Below, piece after piece: positions 35,696 through 50,700 of a DNA stretch of 64,000 nucleotides; positions within the stretch are counted from its first letter, which is position 1; the number at the start of each line of letters is the position of its first letter. This DNA is from Tubiluchus corallicola (Eukaryota; Animalia; Priapulida). Made by a program: the position numbers and the translations under genes. Location: assembly GCA_030141605.1 (NCBI GenBank), contig JAQGDQ010000161.1, positions 62,001 to 126,000 of the forward strand, in the 5' to 3' direction. Below the pieces are notes generated by a model. It saw only the letters and a list, made by a program, of their open reading frames with translations. It did not search any database and was not told the DNA's origin.

Positions 35696-35785
35696 ATGCC
35701 TAAAAGAAAACGTGGACTGCAGGATGCTGCTTCAGATACAAGTACAACATCAGTAAAGCGCAGGAGGGTGTCTAGATATGATGTG
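35696..35785 (+). CDS. PBRM1: PBRM1 first coding exon (MPKRKRG...VKRRRVSRYDV, bipartite NLS-like)
   Basis: aaacaATG start, basic clusters, GTG|gtaag donor in phase 0 with the next exon. Confidence 0.8.
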
Positions 35786-38700
35786 GTAAGATTGTTGTGC
35801 AAACAACATGAAGTTAATTAATATATTATAATTATTAAGTTTTCGTCATTTACATTATTGGTCATTGAATAGTAAACATGTTACTAGTTACCGTAGATGA
35901 TTGGTTTCAACGATTACATTTTTAACTGATAGAAAATATGTTTTTGAATATGAATAACTCTTTAAAAAGGGTCTTACACTATCTTTGTGCTCTTATTTAT
36001 TCGTAGTTATTCAGCTATAATTCAGCTTATATAATTTATTCATAGTTTTAGCTATGTTAGCATTTCTAACATCTAAAATAAATCCTAGCTGCAAAAGCAT
36101 TACAGTGCTATACAATGTTTTTGTGACATATAGAAGGCTACCTAATCATGATGCTCTTTGAAGACTCTGTTGTGTTTGATATCCATTTTTTCTGTGATTT
36201 AGCACCTCTGCAAACTGTGACAGTTGAGGGTACTAAGATGAAATTTTGTAATTGCTAGAATCTGCTCAAGGGGGATGCTGCAAAATTTTTTAATCAAGTT
36301 TTTAGTTTACCAGCAAAATATTTTTATAATAGGTATCATTAGAATTCTGGTCTTCAAGCATTGTATGGGTTACAGATAATGTGATAAAATCTGTATTTTT
36401 CATGTATAATGGTGGTTAAAATCTAGTTAAAGAAATTAATGTACGCAATGCTCGAATTGTTTAACAAGGATTACTATACAATGCAGAACTCGGCAACCTA
36501 GCTTGATTTGGGGAGCACTGTAAGCTAGCAGGGTTTCGGGCAGTACCTTGGCTGCTAATGCATTTGGCTGCATTTGAAGGCATTCTGGAGCCGTATGGAT
36601 GCACTTTTCACTCGTTTTATTGCTCATTTTTATTGCAATTTTTGTCAACAATATTAAAAGTTTGTTATTGTTGACAAGCGATTTTTTTGCGCAATTGGTT
36701 ATTGCCACCCATTTACAATTTTTGTTTTCTTAATAATTTCCAACTTCTTTCCTCACTGTCCTGTGATGAAACTATCTTGACATTTCATTTTTAACTTATC
36801 TATGTCACCACTAAATTTTGGGTCTGGGTCTGGGTCTGAGTCTGAAATTGCCTCTGAAGACTCAGCTTCTCTTTGATTCTCTTCACTTGAACTGCTGAAG
36901 CAGATTTTTCAATTTTTGCATGCCTACCTGCATAGTTGCGAATTCAAACTTACTTCTCTGCATAATGATATTAATTAATAAAAGCTGAATTTGCAAAAGA
37001 CGTGCGATGCTGTACCGTTTGATTGCTAAGCATCTTGCAACAATGTGGGAAATTTTGATCATCATACAGTCTTAGTCACTATACAATCTTAATGCCTGTC
37101 TATCGGTGCTCAGTTTTTTATTTATTAACGTTATATGAAACTAGTCATGCATTTGCATGTATTTTTTGACAATGTATACGCTGTATGACTCCGTATGCCG
37201 CCCTCAATTCGAGCACTGAATGTGCAACCAGGAATTGTTTTCAATCTGTTGTTCAAATCACAGATTAGAATTCATCTGTAACAAACTTAACGTTTTTTTG
37301 CTTTTGACTCTTCATGGCTACAGCAAGAAATATGTCAGGAATTGTATGACACGATACGCAATAAAAAAGACGATGATGGCAGGGTTATTTGTGAAGCATT
37401 TATACGTGCTCCTAAACGAAGGTAAATATTACTATGATTACTATTATCAAACTGCAGCATCGTAATTTTTGCAAAACTTTTTTCATATTTTCTTATAATC
37501 TTAATATCTCCATTGAATAAGGATGGTTTGACTTGATGACCTCTCAGTCTTTCACCACCCTTTTTCCATATTTAAACCACTTAATATTGTACTAATTTAT
37601 GATGTTTCGACATATGGAAATAAACTATATATCTGAATCTGAAAAAATGTTTGCCTTGGGATAAATGAATAATATGAAACAGGTTTTTGTTTAAAGTTGC
37701 TGTCGATTGTTAATTGTTACTAGAAAAATTCCTGCCATATTGGAAATTCTGAATTAACTTTGTTTTTTACTATTGCAACATGTTTTTACTGAATACATCA
37801 TGTCTAGCAACTGTTTTAATTTTCTCTTTCATAATTTTTATATTTTTAGTTGCACAATCTTCATAATTTTTTGTCACAAATTATTCAAAATTTATAGTTA
37901 AAGAGCAACGGGTGACACTTTGCCTTATGTGACCAAAACCACAAAAGAATAAAATCATTACTTGTTGCATACATGTTGTAGATTAAAATGATAATTTATT
38001 AAAACGAGAAAAGACAATACACAAAATTCTAAGTATCTCAATTTACATTGCAGTTATCATAAAAATAGCATAATACGTATGAAGTAAATGTTAACTCTAA
38101 CGCGCTTTTGTTTTTGCAGAAATGTTCCAGAGTATTATGAGGTAGTTTCCGATCCGGTGGATTTATTGCGAATTCAGCAAAAGTTGAAGATGGAAGAATA
38201 CGAGGAGTTGGAACAGTTAACTACTGATGTGGATCGAATGTTCAGTAATGCCAAGGCATTTTTTAAGGTATTAGCAGCTCCACCTTTTGAGCGGTAACAT
38301 TCATACACTTTGACTGTTTACCTCATGTAGGTATTGGATATACATACATCCATACATGACTGAGATACCTCTGCTGGTCCAGTGGCTCATCGTAGAGGTA
38401 TATTCTTGGTTGCCTGGTCACACCACAACCATCAGCATTAAGTAGGCCCTGTCAGTAAGTACTTGACGGTGGCTTGCATTGTGTCGTAGTGTATAAAGTA
38501 GTGTGTTTTGAATTTGAGATTCAAAATTGTGTTGTTGTTATGCTGAATGGTGTGCTGTCTTCTGTGTTATTTTTCGAAGTTAAATTAGCTGCTGCTTTTG
38601 CTGCCTAATTTGCTGCATATTAGCTTGTTCTTTCTGTTTCAATTTAATGACAAAGTGTGTAAGTAATTTTCTTTGTTATTGAATAAATACATCTGTTTGT

Positions 38701-41700
38701 AGTTTAATATAAAAATATGTCTTTTAAACTCACACTTTAATTTTGTATAAATGGCTTATTTTTAATACATTTATCACTGTGTTAATTTTAGCCGTAATTA
38801 ATTAGTTTTTAATATTTAGATAAATATGTGTTTTATACAGGCAGACACTGTTGAATATGCTGATGCCTCATATTTGCAAGAACTGTACCACAGCACCAAG
38901 AGATCTCTTTTGGCATCATATGAAGAAGATCTTGGTGAATCAGAAAGCAAAAATGGGGAGGAGGAGGAGGAGGAGGAAGATAGAACTGAAGATTCCATGT
39001 CAGAGTGCGAGCGACCAGAGCGGTCATTATTTAAACCACCTCCAGCTGATGATACAATGAGCAGTTATACGAGCGACACAACACCTGACAGGACACCACA
39101 AGTGACACAGGTAAAATTCATTAAATTTATTGGTCAGCAAACATAGTCACAAATAAAAGTGGCAAGGATGAGACATATGATGTGGTTGGTTTCAAAATGC
39201 TTTTTTGTGTAGTATTAAAGATTATCTTCAAATGATGGTTTTATTTATAGTTCTATATTGGTTTTCATGCATCCAATGTTTGACATCTAAATATAAGGCT
39301 TTTTTGTTGTTGTTATCTCAAACTGCCTAGCGTTTCAAAGGCATTGTTAATCACTTAAAAGCTGATATTGAAATTTTCTTCTGGTTAAATGAGTTATTGT
39401 CTGTTTTCTAGACTTTTATACTTTCCTAATGTAGATCAATATTTGTAATTTTTATACTTTTTTCTCGACAAAATTGCAATACGTCAATAGTACAATATTG
39501 GCAGTAACTGACGTATGTTCTTAGTATGTAAACTTTTTATTAGGTTTTTGTAAGTGTTATTGTTAACCTTAAAGTAATCACTTACCTGGAATTCCCGAGT
39601 TATTAAAAGATCATGAACAGTAATTAAATTAACCTTTAATTCTAAAACTACTTTGCAATTGGCAAGTGCTTAGCACTTTTTATCTTTCTACAATTGTCAG
39701 TTTTGAAATTGTTTAATGCAGCATCATTATCATTTGCTGTATTTTTACGTGAAGTTTAAAAAATTTAATGCTGTGCAAAAAGAAAGACACGTATCATAGC
39801 GCTTATATGCAATATTGTTTGTTGGTGTTTTTTCATTCGTCATACTGGTTATGGCTTTTTATCACTTTGAAAGAAGAATCATTTACATCTTTGTGGCTAA
39901 GATATCTCTGCCAGTTTAGGGGTTTATCTTAAAGGGATGTACTTGATAGTAAATCAGGTTCTAGTCATGCTAGAGGCTTCTTAAGTAAGCCTTACCGTTA
40001 AATGCTTGCCGTGCATCGAAAGTTTTGCCGATTACAAGCCTGTTGATTATAAAAAATTTTCTGCATTCTTTAGGAACAGTTAGATGACATGTTAGAAGAA
40101 ATGTTTTCAGCTGTTTATAACACAGAAGATCCACCTGACAGACCAATATCGCTTGCTTTTCGCATATTGCCTTCACAGACAGTGAGTGTTTTCTGTTTAT
40201 CTTTAGAAGCTGTGTTATTTTATTATTTTTTTTGATGATACTATTTTTTGTAATGAAATCCCAAAATGCTTTGCAGTAGAAGTTCACCCACTTCTTTCCT
40301 CAACCTATACTATTTGTGACTATAATATCTGAATGTCTTTGCTATGCTTCTTTGCTGAACACATACTATTCGTGACTACAATGTTTGAATGTTTTTACTG
40401 CATTTTACAAGCTCTAACAGTAACATACACTTAGACTCGAAGCATTGTCATTTTGAAATTACATTTTTTGTATGGCATTCACATTATTAAGCTTTGTCAC
40501 AAGCTTGCAAAGTCCCTGATGACCTCCATTTGTTAAGCTGTATTGTAAAAGTATTCTCCTCTTGCTCTCACGATGCAGAATTGAAAACGGCTAAGCATTT
40601 TCTAATTTTAAGTGATTTTATTTTTTAAGGGTTGTTTGATATCTTTGGCACAGTTTGTATGTGTTATTTTTGGTAATGTATATCATAGAGGCTCTCTACC
40701 AACTGGTTTATTAAATTCTTTCTTAAAAGACATTGAAACTAAGTGTTTTCTGTTCAGGTATATCCAGACTATTATGCGATCATTGAAAATCCTATTGATC
40801 TGAAGACTATAGGAACGAATATCCAGCAGAATAAATACACGAGTGTCAAAGAGTTGTCACAGGATTTGCTGCTTATGGTGCAGAACGCAAAGATTTTTAA
40901 TAAACCTGGATCTCAGATTTACCGTGATGCAATTGCTCTGAGAAAAATAATATTGAACAAACAGTTAGAGCTGAAGAGTCGTTTACATCAGCATGCAAAG
41001 ACTAGTGAACGTATCAGGTAAGCATTAGTTAAATGATAATGTGGCTAAATGTTAAAAATGTGGTCAGTTATTTAGTATCATTTGTTGAAAATTTATTTCT
41101 GTTAATCTCTGTAAACACAGCGGGATCTTCTTATCAAACATAATTCAGTTTTGCAAGCTTTGTAAGATAAATAAAGTTTGTAACAAACTGAAAGAGTTTT
41201 TGTTAAAAATTTAAAATTGTTACAGTTAGAAATCAGTATAATATTACTATCATTATCTTGCTTTTACTTTTTCGTACTGCTTGTCAAGACACAGTGCTCA
41301 GTGTCAGGGCCTAGATGTTAATAATGTGGCAACGATGACTTAGTCATGTTCAGATGTGTATTCATACATTCTCGATAGAATATATAGGTTATGGGTACTA
41401 TGTCATATTAAAGGTCCATAATCAAGGTTATCGTGCAATGAAATTTACAGGACACGAAGAAGTCAAGGCAATTTTGAACGGATGTCAGCAATTGCAGCAT
41501 CTTTGGACTACCCTGAATCTCCTGGAGAGACTGCTAACAATGGAAATAATGGCAGTGACGGCGGCAATGAAAGTGAGGAAGATGATGATAAAGGAGTAGC
41601 TGATGATGATGACGATGATGATGATGACGATGACGATGATGACGAGGAAAAAGACGATATCAATGAAGGTATTGTAATTTTACTTTCTTGTCGGTTAGTT

Positions 41701-44700
41701 ATGTCTGACGCTCTGTGTGGAGAAGGTGCTTTGGCCTACCAGTATGGTGCTTGGCTACCAGAAGTTCTGGTTTCAAATCCTATTGATGTGTGGATCTTTT
41801 TGAGTTGTGCTTCTTTCGTATTGAACTCTCCGACGCCTTTCCTAGATCTTCTCGGCCTTAACTGAGAACCTGCACTTCCGAAGAAAGAAAGGTGATGACT
41901 GAGTGCTGGGCTAGCCATTTGGCCTCTTTTGTATTCAAGGCCATGAAAATGAATGTCGCGCCAATCCATCCCAATGTCACACCCACCTGGCTTTGGGCCA
42001 CTCTTTTTATTTGTCTTCTATGTCTGGCTGCTTTAATATCATCTCTGGAAATGTGAACAGCATTTAAATTGAATTATTATTTTATCATTTTATTTGAAAG
42101 CCTGTCATTGTTATTTGATGAACATTTGTGACTGGTACAGATGGTTTACAATTTTGGATGCTGACATAGTACAATACAATATGAGTAGATTCTAAACCAT
42201 GTACAGGCAGTCGTTGACTTATGACCTATAGGCTTATAGACACTCAAGACAGGAAATGTGAAGAAGTTGGGATTCAGCCTGTATTTGAGCCAGGGACACT
42301 CTGCTTACAACACAGATGCCTTGACTACTAGACCACATCATCTCCTTGCGGTCAAGGCAGTATATCTCTTATAGTTGGTCAACCAAATTCAGCATTTCCA
42401 GTTCAGATCATTTGTACTAGGGCACTTCTAACTGACTAGATTCAATTTTTATTTTGATTAATTTCCGCGGGAGATTAATTAATTATTATAGTCAGAATGT
42501 CAGGTTTGTAAGATTATAATCATCTAAGTTAACCATCTAGATACAACAGACATTTCACTTATTTCCTCTGAATGAATTGTAATACCATTGATCATTTTCC
42601 GATGTTTAATCAATAAGTTCGCTAATAATCTTTTGGTTGCACAGTGTCAATTCGAATTTAAACAATCACTTGTTTGACTTCCATTACAAGTTTCATTATG
42701 ATAGTTCATTATTGCTGCCATGTCATAATTATATTTCAAAGCAGGCTTTGACAGCAAAACATTGATTTTTGTCATTAAAAATGGGCCTGCTAATAAATTT
42801 ACAGTTACATTTCTTGCACAGCTTTTTCAACAAATATGGATGTTACAAAATGATTTCTTGTATATGTAGAAGATGAAGAAATTCGGATGTTCATGCAGCT
42901 GTACAACAGCATTAAAAACTTTGAGGATGAAGACGGAGAAGTATTGTCAGAACCGTTTCTGAAACTACCATCTAAAAGACTTTATCCAGATTACTATCTT
43001 GAGATTAAACACCCTGAGTGTATGAACAACATATACATGAAGGTCAAGGTAAAGTGATGCATTGTTTTTCATGTGATTTCTGAATTGTAAACTTTTCCAG
43101 TCATTCTTCCATTGAGTGTAAAATAGAGATGAAAAAATTATTTATTGCATTAGCGGAATGTAGTAGGCCAATTTCTACTGTTTAGGAACTATCTCCTGTC
43201 AATTTTGCAAACTTATGGACTCAGTAGTCTTTTTTAGTATTATTGTCCTCATGGATCACTTGGCCTGATTTTATCTAATTTAAACTATCGCAAAGTGTGA
43301 AAGCGTTCGATTCCTAAACATTAAAATGTTTTATAGGGGCCATCCACATATAACAATATAAAGTTTAGGTTACGTTACGCTAGGGCAGAAGATGTAGTAA
43401 CACCATTATAACGCAAGATAAGTAGGTGATTTAGTCATGTTGTCATTATCTGACTTCGTTAGCAAGAAAAGCTGCATGACTTGCAATATTTATTATGCAT
43501 CTCAAAAATCCACGAAGGCACACCTAAAGTGTTGTCATCAATGTCAAAAGTAGCAGATTGCACCACTGGTGGCGGCGAAATTAAACAAACAACCAACTTA
43601 TCCAGTACCCTGGCAGTGATGCGGAACAAGAAATGGCTACAGCATATGTCGATGAGAATGAGTTCAGTGAATTAAGGCGGCCACCGTCTCCACTGCCATT
43701 GCTAGCAGAATCCAATGATGGATTCCCGTTAATTAACACAAGTGATGTTGTTGCTTGTCCTTGGGAGGAGTAAGGATAAAATGTACAAAAAGCTGCATCG
43801 ATGTGATATCAATATCAGTATAAGGAGTAAGTAGGTTGTGGGGTATATGATAATGCCATTGTAACACAAGCTTGATATCGTTAGATGTGGATGACCCCAC
43901 AAATGTGTTGGAGGAGTTGGTAAATGCTTAAATGTTGCTGCTGTGTCTGAATTACCAATAATTTTGTGTTTCATCTTGTCTATTAAAAATTTGCATTTCA
44001 TGTCAACAAACCATAAATCTGACATAAGAAAATATTGAATGCTCTTGTAGTCTCAAAATAATTATTTTTATTTCTTTCAGAACCTTTCACCCTAGCAGGC
44101 TTCATCAGTTGAAAAATTAAAGATAAAATGTTAAAAAAAAGTAGGGTATTGGAGTAATGTCGGCCATCCAGTTTTTATACACTCAAATTAGGTCATGTGA
44201 TCTTGATTGATTTTTTTATAGAATAAACAAAATATTTGTGTAGTATTTATAGTATTTATAGGATATTAATGCAAATACAAGTGAATGCATGTAAGTCACT
44301 GAAGAAAATCTGAATGTGGCCAACATTAACCAATATACCCTATATACTAGCATGATGCAAGGATATGAAAAGCATACATAATAGCTAAGCATCACTGATT
44401 TAAGATACAATAAGTTGGAGAAAGAGTAAAAAATAACTACATAGGAAGAAAAACAAGCGCTATACCAAAATAAAAGCTTAATGAAGAAAGTAAAACGAAT
44501 GGGAATAAATTGAGTTACCTGTATAGACTGTGCTGCTAATATGAGTGATGTTTACAAAATTTGTTGAGTTTATAAATGGCGGACATTCAACGTTTTTTAT
44601 GTTAAAATGGCGAGTCTCAGGAAGGCATTTCATATTTTAAACCATAATTCTGATCATATGTGGTATATATTGTATAATTTTAGGTACTCTATTAAAGCTA

Positions 44701-47700
44701 TTGATGACTGTTTTGTTCAAGTCTCCTTATATACTAATCATAGTTAATTTTTATAATTTATTTAGAAAGGAAAATACAGGTGTGTTGATGGTCTAGTTGC
44801 TGACTTTAACTTGATGTTTGAAAATGCAAAACGCTACAACATGCCTGGCAGTGCTATTCATAAAGCTGCACGAAAGTTGCAGAAGGTCTTGGATCATGCA
44901 CGTCGGGACTTACTGAAGATAGTAAAAGTAAGTTGGTGTATAAGTTAATTTATGAGAAGTTTGTTTTCAAATGTTCCATACATTTACTATCATGTATTTT
45001 GTTTTTTGTTTGTTGAGTGGCTCTTTTAGGATGCACAATGTAGTAAGATTTAAACAGAGCTGTTTTAATGCATGGGCACACGGGGCCGGGACCCCATGCT
45101 AATCTGTGTTGAGCACTTGATTAATAATAAATAATTGTTAGTAATTTCATATTGTGTCATCTCCTGTATGTATGGTTTACCAATTGAGTATAATTTATAT
45201 GTTGAAACTTTTGTGTTTTTCGAGATTCGTGTTATACTGTTCAAACGTTAGTGCTGATTAATATTTGCTGTACAGCATGTATTCTATTGTTTAAATACTG
45301 ATTTTGTTGGAAGTACCAATACAATAAATATGTGTTTGGCATTATCGAATAGTTACCTTTTTATTCCTGCGTAGATAGGGGCACTGCTTCTCTCGGGGCT
45401 GGCAATGCTGTTAAGATGGCCCTGGACTTAAACATACTTTCTTTCACACTTATAACAATTATGAATTGCAGAAGTATATAGTATTAAATTGAGTTTACTA
45501 GACGTTTGGAAATGTGCATACAATTTGCATTATAGGCAAAAATCACTTTATATTGTTTTTATTGTGTTCGTTTATCAGGCCTCTGTTATTTTGGACCCTA
45601 TGGAGGAGGAAAAGCTGATTGTTTCCAATACCTTTCCTGTTAAGTGGTCGCTTTCGTAAAGGTTTGCAAAAAGGATTACTCGGCAGTGATATACTGTTGT
45701 ACTCGCAAGTGTCACGAAGCAGTCACATTTAAACAAAATGCTGTCTGTTCGGCAAAACCCATTGTATTATTCGTTGCTCATCTTGTTCTATAGATGTTTA
45801 TATGCAACTGTATATGGCAAAATGCTTATGCATTTCCATACGTTTGGTAAATGTGACTTTACGTGTACAGCAAGCATTGTCTTTAGGCTATTTAGTGCCT
45901 TTACTCCTGTTAGTAATGCCATTAATAACATCAACATGCCATTTTTGATGTTGTAATTGAAACTCTTGATTTTACTGTTTTCACTATAATTAGCTGTTTG
46001 ACTGAGGTGGTTGATGTGGTTGCTTAAACATGTACAAATTGATTCAGTTGAATGTAGTGTAAGTGACTGTATGCCTTTTCTTGTTCAGCTCTTGGCCATT
46101 GCCACATTTCAAGAATTCCGTTAGTGTGGTATTTTATGAATTCCTTGGTGAAGGAATATTCTAGTTTTAGATAAAAATTTATTTGGAAATACTTTGACCA
46201 CTTAATGCATCTTGATATAAATGCTACATTATTTTCATGTGAATAATTATCTGCAATGTTGTACATGTTTCTCTGAAACACATCTATTCATGTTTTTTTC
46301 TAAATTAAAAGACAATGCCTATACACTTGCAATAGTAATATAAGTGCTATAACATAGTAACTACAGTAGGCGCTGCTTAATAGACTGGCGGTTTATAGAC
46401 TCAATCGCTTAATTGATTAAAAAACGCCTGGTACGGGCTGCTTCTATTCAAATGTACATAAAACCTGTCGGTAATTGACTCAAATAACTCCACGTAATTG
46501 ACTCTATATTTTTGCTTCACATGCTTCAATAAGACAGTTTTATGTGACTAATAAGCTTTTATGACTTTTATATCATCTTAGTTCGCTTTTGTCCTATAAT
46601 ATACATACAAACAATCATGTTAAGCACCGTTTTATTTGTAAGCATGAACTTTTATCATACGCTAATTATGATAGCCTAGTGGTTTGCTTTGACCCGCGCG
46701 TCCAATTAATGACCTACAATTAACCTCGTTACCCAAGAATTCCTTAAAGCTAAACATTTAATCACGGCTTAGCAGTCTGCTTTTGCCTCAAAGTTTAATC
46801 AGTTAGATGTTGCTATTATGCCAGCTTCTTCGTGATAAAATGAAGCAGCCGACTCTGAAGGCATTTTTGTAATTTTTGCAAATAAACAAACTGGTGTTAT
46901 CTACAAAAGTATACTTTTTAATTTGAATTCACTTATATAAATTAGTATTTTAAAATATTTTTTCTAATTTCTAACTACACAAAGGAATTTAGGCATTACT
47001 TAGTTTCTAAAATTCATTAAAAACCTTTGCAGTGCATACTAAACTGTTGACTCATACTTCTATACCAGTAATACTACACCTATCAGTTAATAGGTTCAGT
47101 TGGCTAATTTCGGTCCCAAAGTGAGTCTATTAGGCGGCACCTACTGTATTTTGAACTTTTACTGTACTCCCAATATCCGAACAAGACTACATGCCAGCTC
47201 ACATGTTAATTCAAGATTTCAAGGCTTTGTTGTTGGATATTGTAAGATATTGTCTTAGCTTTGCATATCTGTGCATGGAAGGAAGATATTGTGCACTTTT
47301 TACAAACACCATGCACAAAAATCGGTTTTTTGGTAGGATTCGTATCTTTCCTAGTCTCTCAGCATTTAAATGATTTTCTGAACCAAAGTGATCAGCTGGT
47401 ATATGATGTGCTGCCACCTTTTGTTAACCTTTACAAACTCCTGCTGTATGCCTGGGAAAAATCAATAGGCATACTCTGAATGTAAATGGCTTTCTCTCTG
47501 CTGTGAAAAACTTGAAGCCAAATCTTCACTTTCACACTTTGCTGTTACCGATGGCAACCACAACTGTTGTTATTGATTATGTTTTGCCGTCGTCGTTGTG
47601 GCTGGTGGCTTTTATTGATCAGCCTCTGATTAACTGTGACTAGGATATGGACAAGCGGCTTGTTCGCTACGTCTGTTATGTGGTAGGTGATTGACCGGCA

Positions 47701-50700
47701 CTCTGCACAGTCGACTTAATTGGCTGACTTTATTGTTAGAGGCAGCAGTATTTAGCACTCAGAAAGTTTCTCAACCAGAACTGATGTTTTAAAGACCTTG
47801 AGTATTTGCCATATTATTTATTGCCATGAATAAGTTGGGATAATCAAGTTAATTGAATTTTTAGATTTAATTAAATATGGTGTAAGTCATTCTGTTTTTA
47901 TAATTGTATTGTATTTTCAACTTAATTCTAAAACGGAAAACTTGGCTTCATTGATTTTCAGGTGTCATTTATCTACGTGTTGAAGCTGAGCCTATACTTG
48001 ATTTGCCATATGAGCCTGATAAAGTTTAACTGTAATTTGTTGGGTCATTCATATTAACAGTCACTGCGAATTGTTGGTATTTGCAAAATTATGGTTTAGC
48101 TATTATTGCTGATGGTATTCCATGATTGGTGTTTTCTGTTTAAAGCAAAAAGCTGTAAATAGTTCCGAGGATGAACAGGAGGTGGCAGCACCACCTCCGA
48201 CAGAAGAGAAGCGAGAGAGGTTGTCGATCAGCATTCGTCTGTCGGATCTCAAGGAAAGCGGGTTTCTATGTTCAGCTTAGTGTCTGCTAGACCGCATGAC
48301 CCTACGTGCATGATTTCTCGCCCACAGACTGCAAATTTAGTTGCCTGCTAGCTTTTCTGTTGCTAATAAATTGTCCTTAGCTAGCTCTATTGTAATACTG
48401 CTAACAAATATGTGAAACCATTGATTCGTGTAGAATTAACAAAGATAGAGCATAATATGTGTACACAGAGCAAGCATAAGTTGTGTTCAAAATTACATGT
48501 AGAAATAGATAGACTAACGAAGTCTTTTATGTACTCATTAATACTGTAAGCATAGTATATGTCAGCCTAGTATGAACTAATAAGTGAAAATTATGTAAGT
48601 TTTGGCTACTTCTTTACTGAATTTTTTTTTGTAATTTGTGTTTGATACTATCTAAATCATTTCTAAATTTTACTTTCTGTTGAAAAGTTATTAACAGCAT
48701 AAAACACATTATTTTCACTAATACCCATTGCAGAGTTTTCTCTTTTGCTTATAGCCCTACAAAGCTGGTAGTGTTGCGCTGTGTGTTGAAATCATGTGAT
48801 TTGGGCACATAGTAGATTTAGGAACTTGAGTAGATGCAGGCCGTGATTTGTTTTTAGCTAGTTGGGTTTGTGTCATGTAGAATGGTGGCCCTTTGGATTG
48901 TTCCTTTATTTGTGAACATCGTAATTTCAAGTTTTTTCTGGTTTTCATGCCATTAAATACGCTGCATTGCTTTAACTTAGTGTACGTGCTGATTCCAAAT
49001 TCATTATCTTGTGAAATTACTTTTGATTATGCATTATATTGCAACTATATATGCACATATGTAGATTATTGTATGGTAAAATTTTTGAAAGTTAACACTT
49101 TGAAATTTTTGCATGATCAAACGGTTTTTAACTCTGCAAGAAAGGCATAGCAATTTTAGCATACAGTTTATACATATATCTAAAAAAACATCTAAACATA
49201 TTACAAAACATTGCAAAGCTAAGACAGCATTTTTATTGTTTGCCATTTAAAGCAATGTGCAACAGTTTCAATGAAATATTTATCTAGTGCTTTGTCAACA
49301 GTTTGTTCCGCAGGGCATGTACAAAAAGGTTTTAATAGAGTTATTAAAGTTAGTACAAACAATATCATGTTGCATTGCTGTGTCAGTATTTAAAGGTGGT
49401 TTGTTGAAGTCTGTTAATGCTTATTTAAAGAATAACATAACTGATTTAGACATTTTGTCATTGTATAATTTATCATCACACTTGTACATAATTTATTTTC
49501 TTATAATCACTGTCTTCTGAAGTTTGTTTATTTAGTCGGTTAACATTTGTTAGTGCTGTTAACTTACCTTGTCATTGCTTAGATGTTTATCGTTTATGTA
49601 TTTCTTAAATAGAGGGAGCCTGAGAGCGAAGATGAGCTTTTCAAAGCGGTAAAACGCAAGCCAGGTCGCAAGAGTTCTGAAGGTCCACAAGTTGTGAAAA
49701 GAAATTTAAAGATATTATTTAATTCGGTCATGGATTACCGGGTAATTTTTTTACTGTCTTCTTAATAGACACTAGTTTAATTGTATCAAATGGGTTAATG
49801 GGCGAGTAGTCATAGTCATGGTGTGTGCTTAGTGACCAAAGTTAAGCAACATTAAGTTTGAGCACTAAATGGATGGTTGAATTTTGTGTTCATTCACTAT
49901 AATGATTCAGGCCATTGGTTTTAATGAGGGAAGACATATTTGTGTCCAGACGTAGCTAGACCCTTCTGCCAATCCACTGAGTCAGCGTAGAGTAGTAGTC
50001 TTGTTATTGAGGCAGGTTCTGGTTACCCCTGCTACTATTCGCATTAAGTAGGCCTTACTAGCTTGCTCTTTCACAGTGCCTTATTTTGATTCAGCAAATA
50101 CTTAATTATAGTATTACTGTGATTTGTTATGATGTTTATCATTTTAATTTACATATTAGAAATTGTGTTCTTGCTGTTCCAACTTTCCTAATGTTACTCA
50201 TAAGAAAAAGAAACCGAAACCCAAGGAACCCAAGAAAAAGTCTAAACCAAAACCAAGACAACGACAGCTAACAAATATGAAAAAGTTGTGTAAAGCCATC
50301 TATAATGCTAAGGTTGTATCACATCACGAATTGAATTTGAGTTAACAATTGATTGTTATCAAATTTTATTGTCATTTCATATTTGGAGATGTTCTTTTTA
50401 TATTTTGTTATGTAAAACCTTTTTTATGTTTGCAATGAATTATTACAGTTTTTAATTGCGTTTACATTTGATATGTAGTTTTATTTACATTTACATTTAT
50501 TATGTTCTGATGCATGTATGCGAAAGTTTGTTGCAGTTGGAAATTTCGTACTGTAATAAGCTGAATACTAGTCATTTTTATTTATTTGACCATTTAAACA
50601 AACAGCACAAGTCAAAGGCATTTGTGGCTGTATTATTTATTATTTCTTTGTTTAATAAGATATAAATGTTGTTTATTGCTTCATTAGTTTTGGAAAGCTT

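Noticed and set aside
36500-37065. Possible transposase remnant on minus in the first PBRM1 coding intron
   Set aside because: Only compositional hints; no catalytic motifs or paired TIRs identified.
38240-38267. PBRM1 bromodomain 1 lacking the conserved acetyl-lysine-binding Asn (NAKAFFK)
   Set aside because: An aromatic residue at this position is already known for PBRM1 BD1, so it is not novel.
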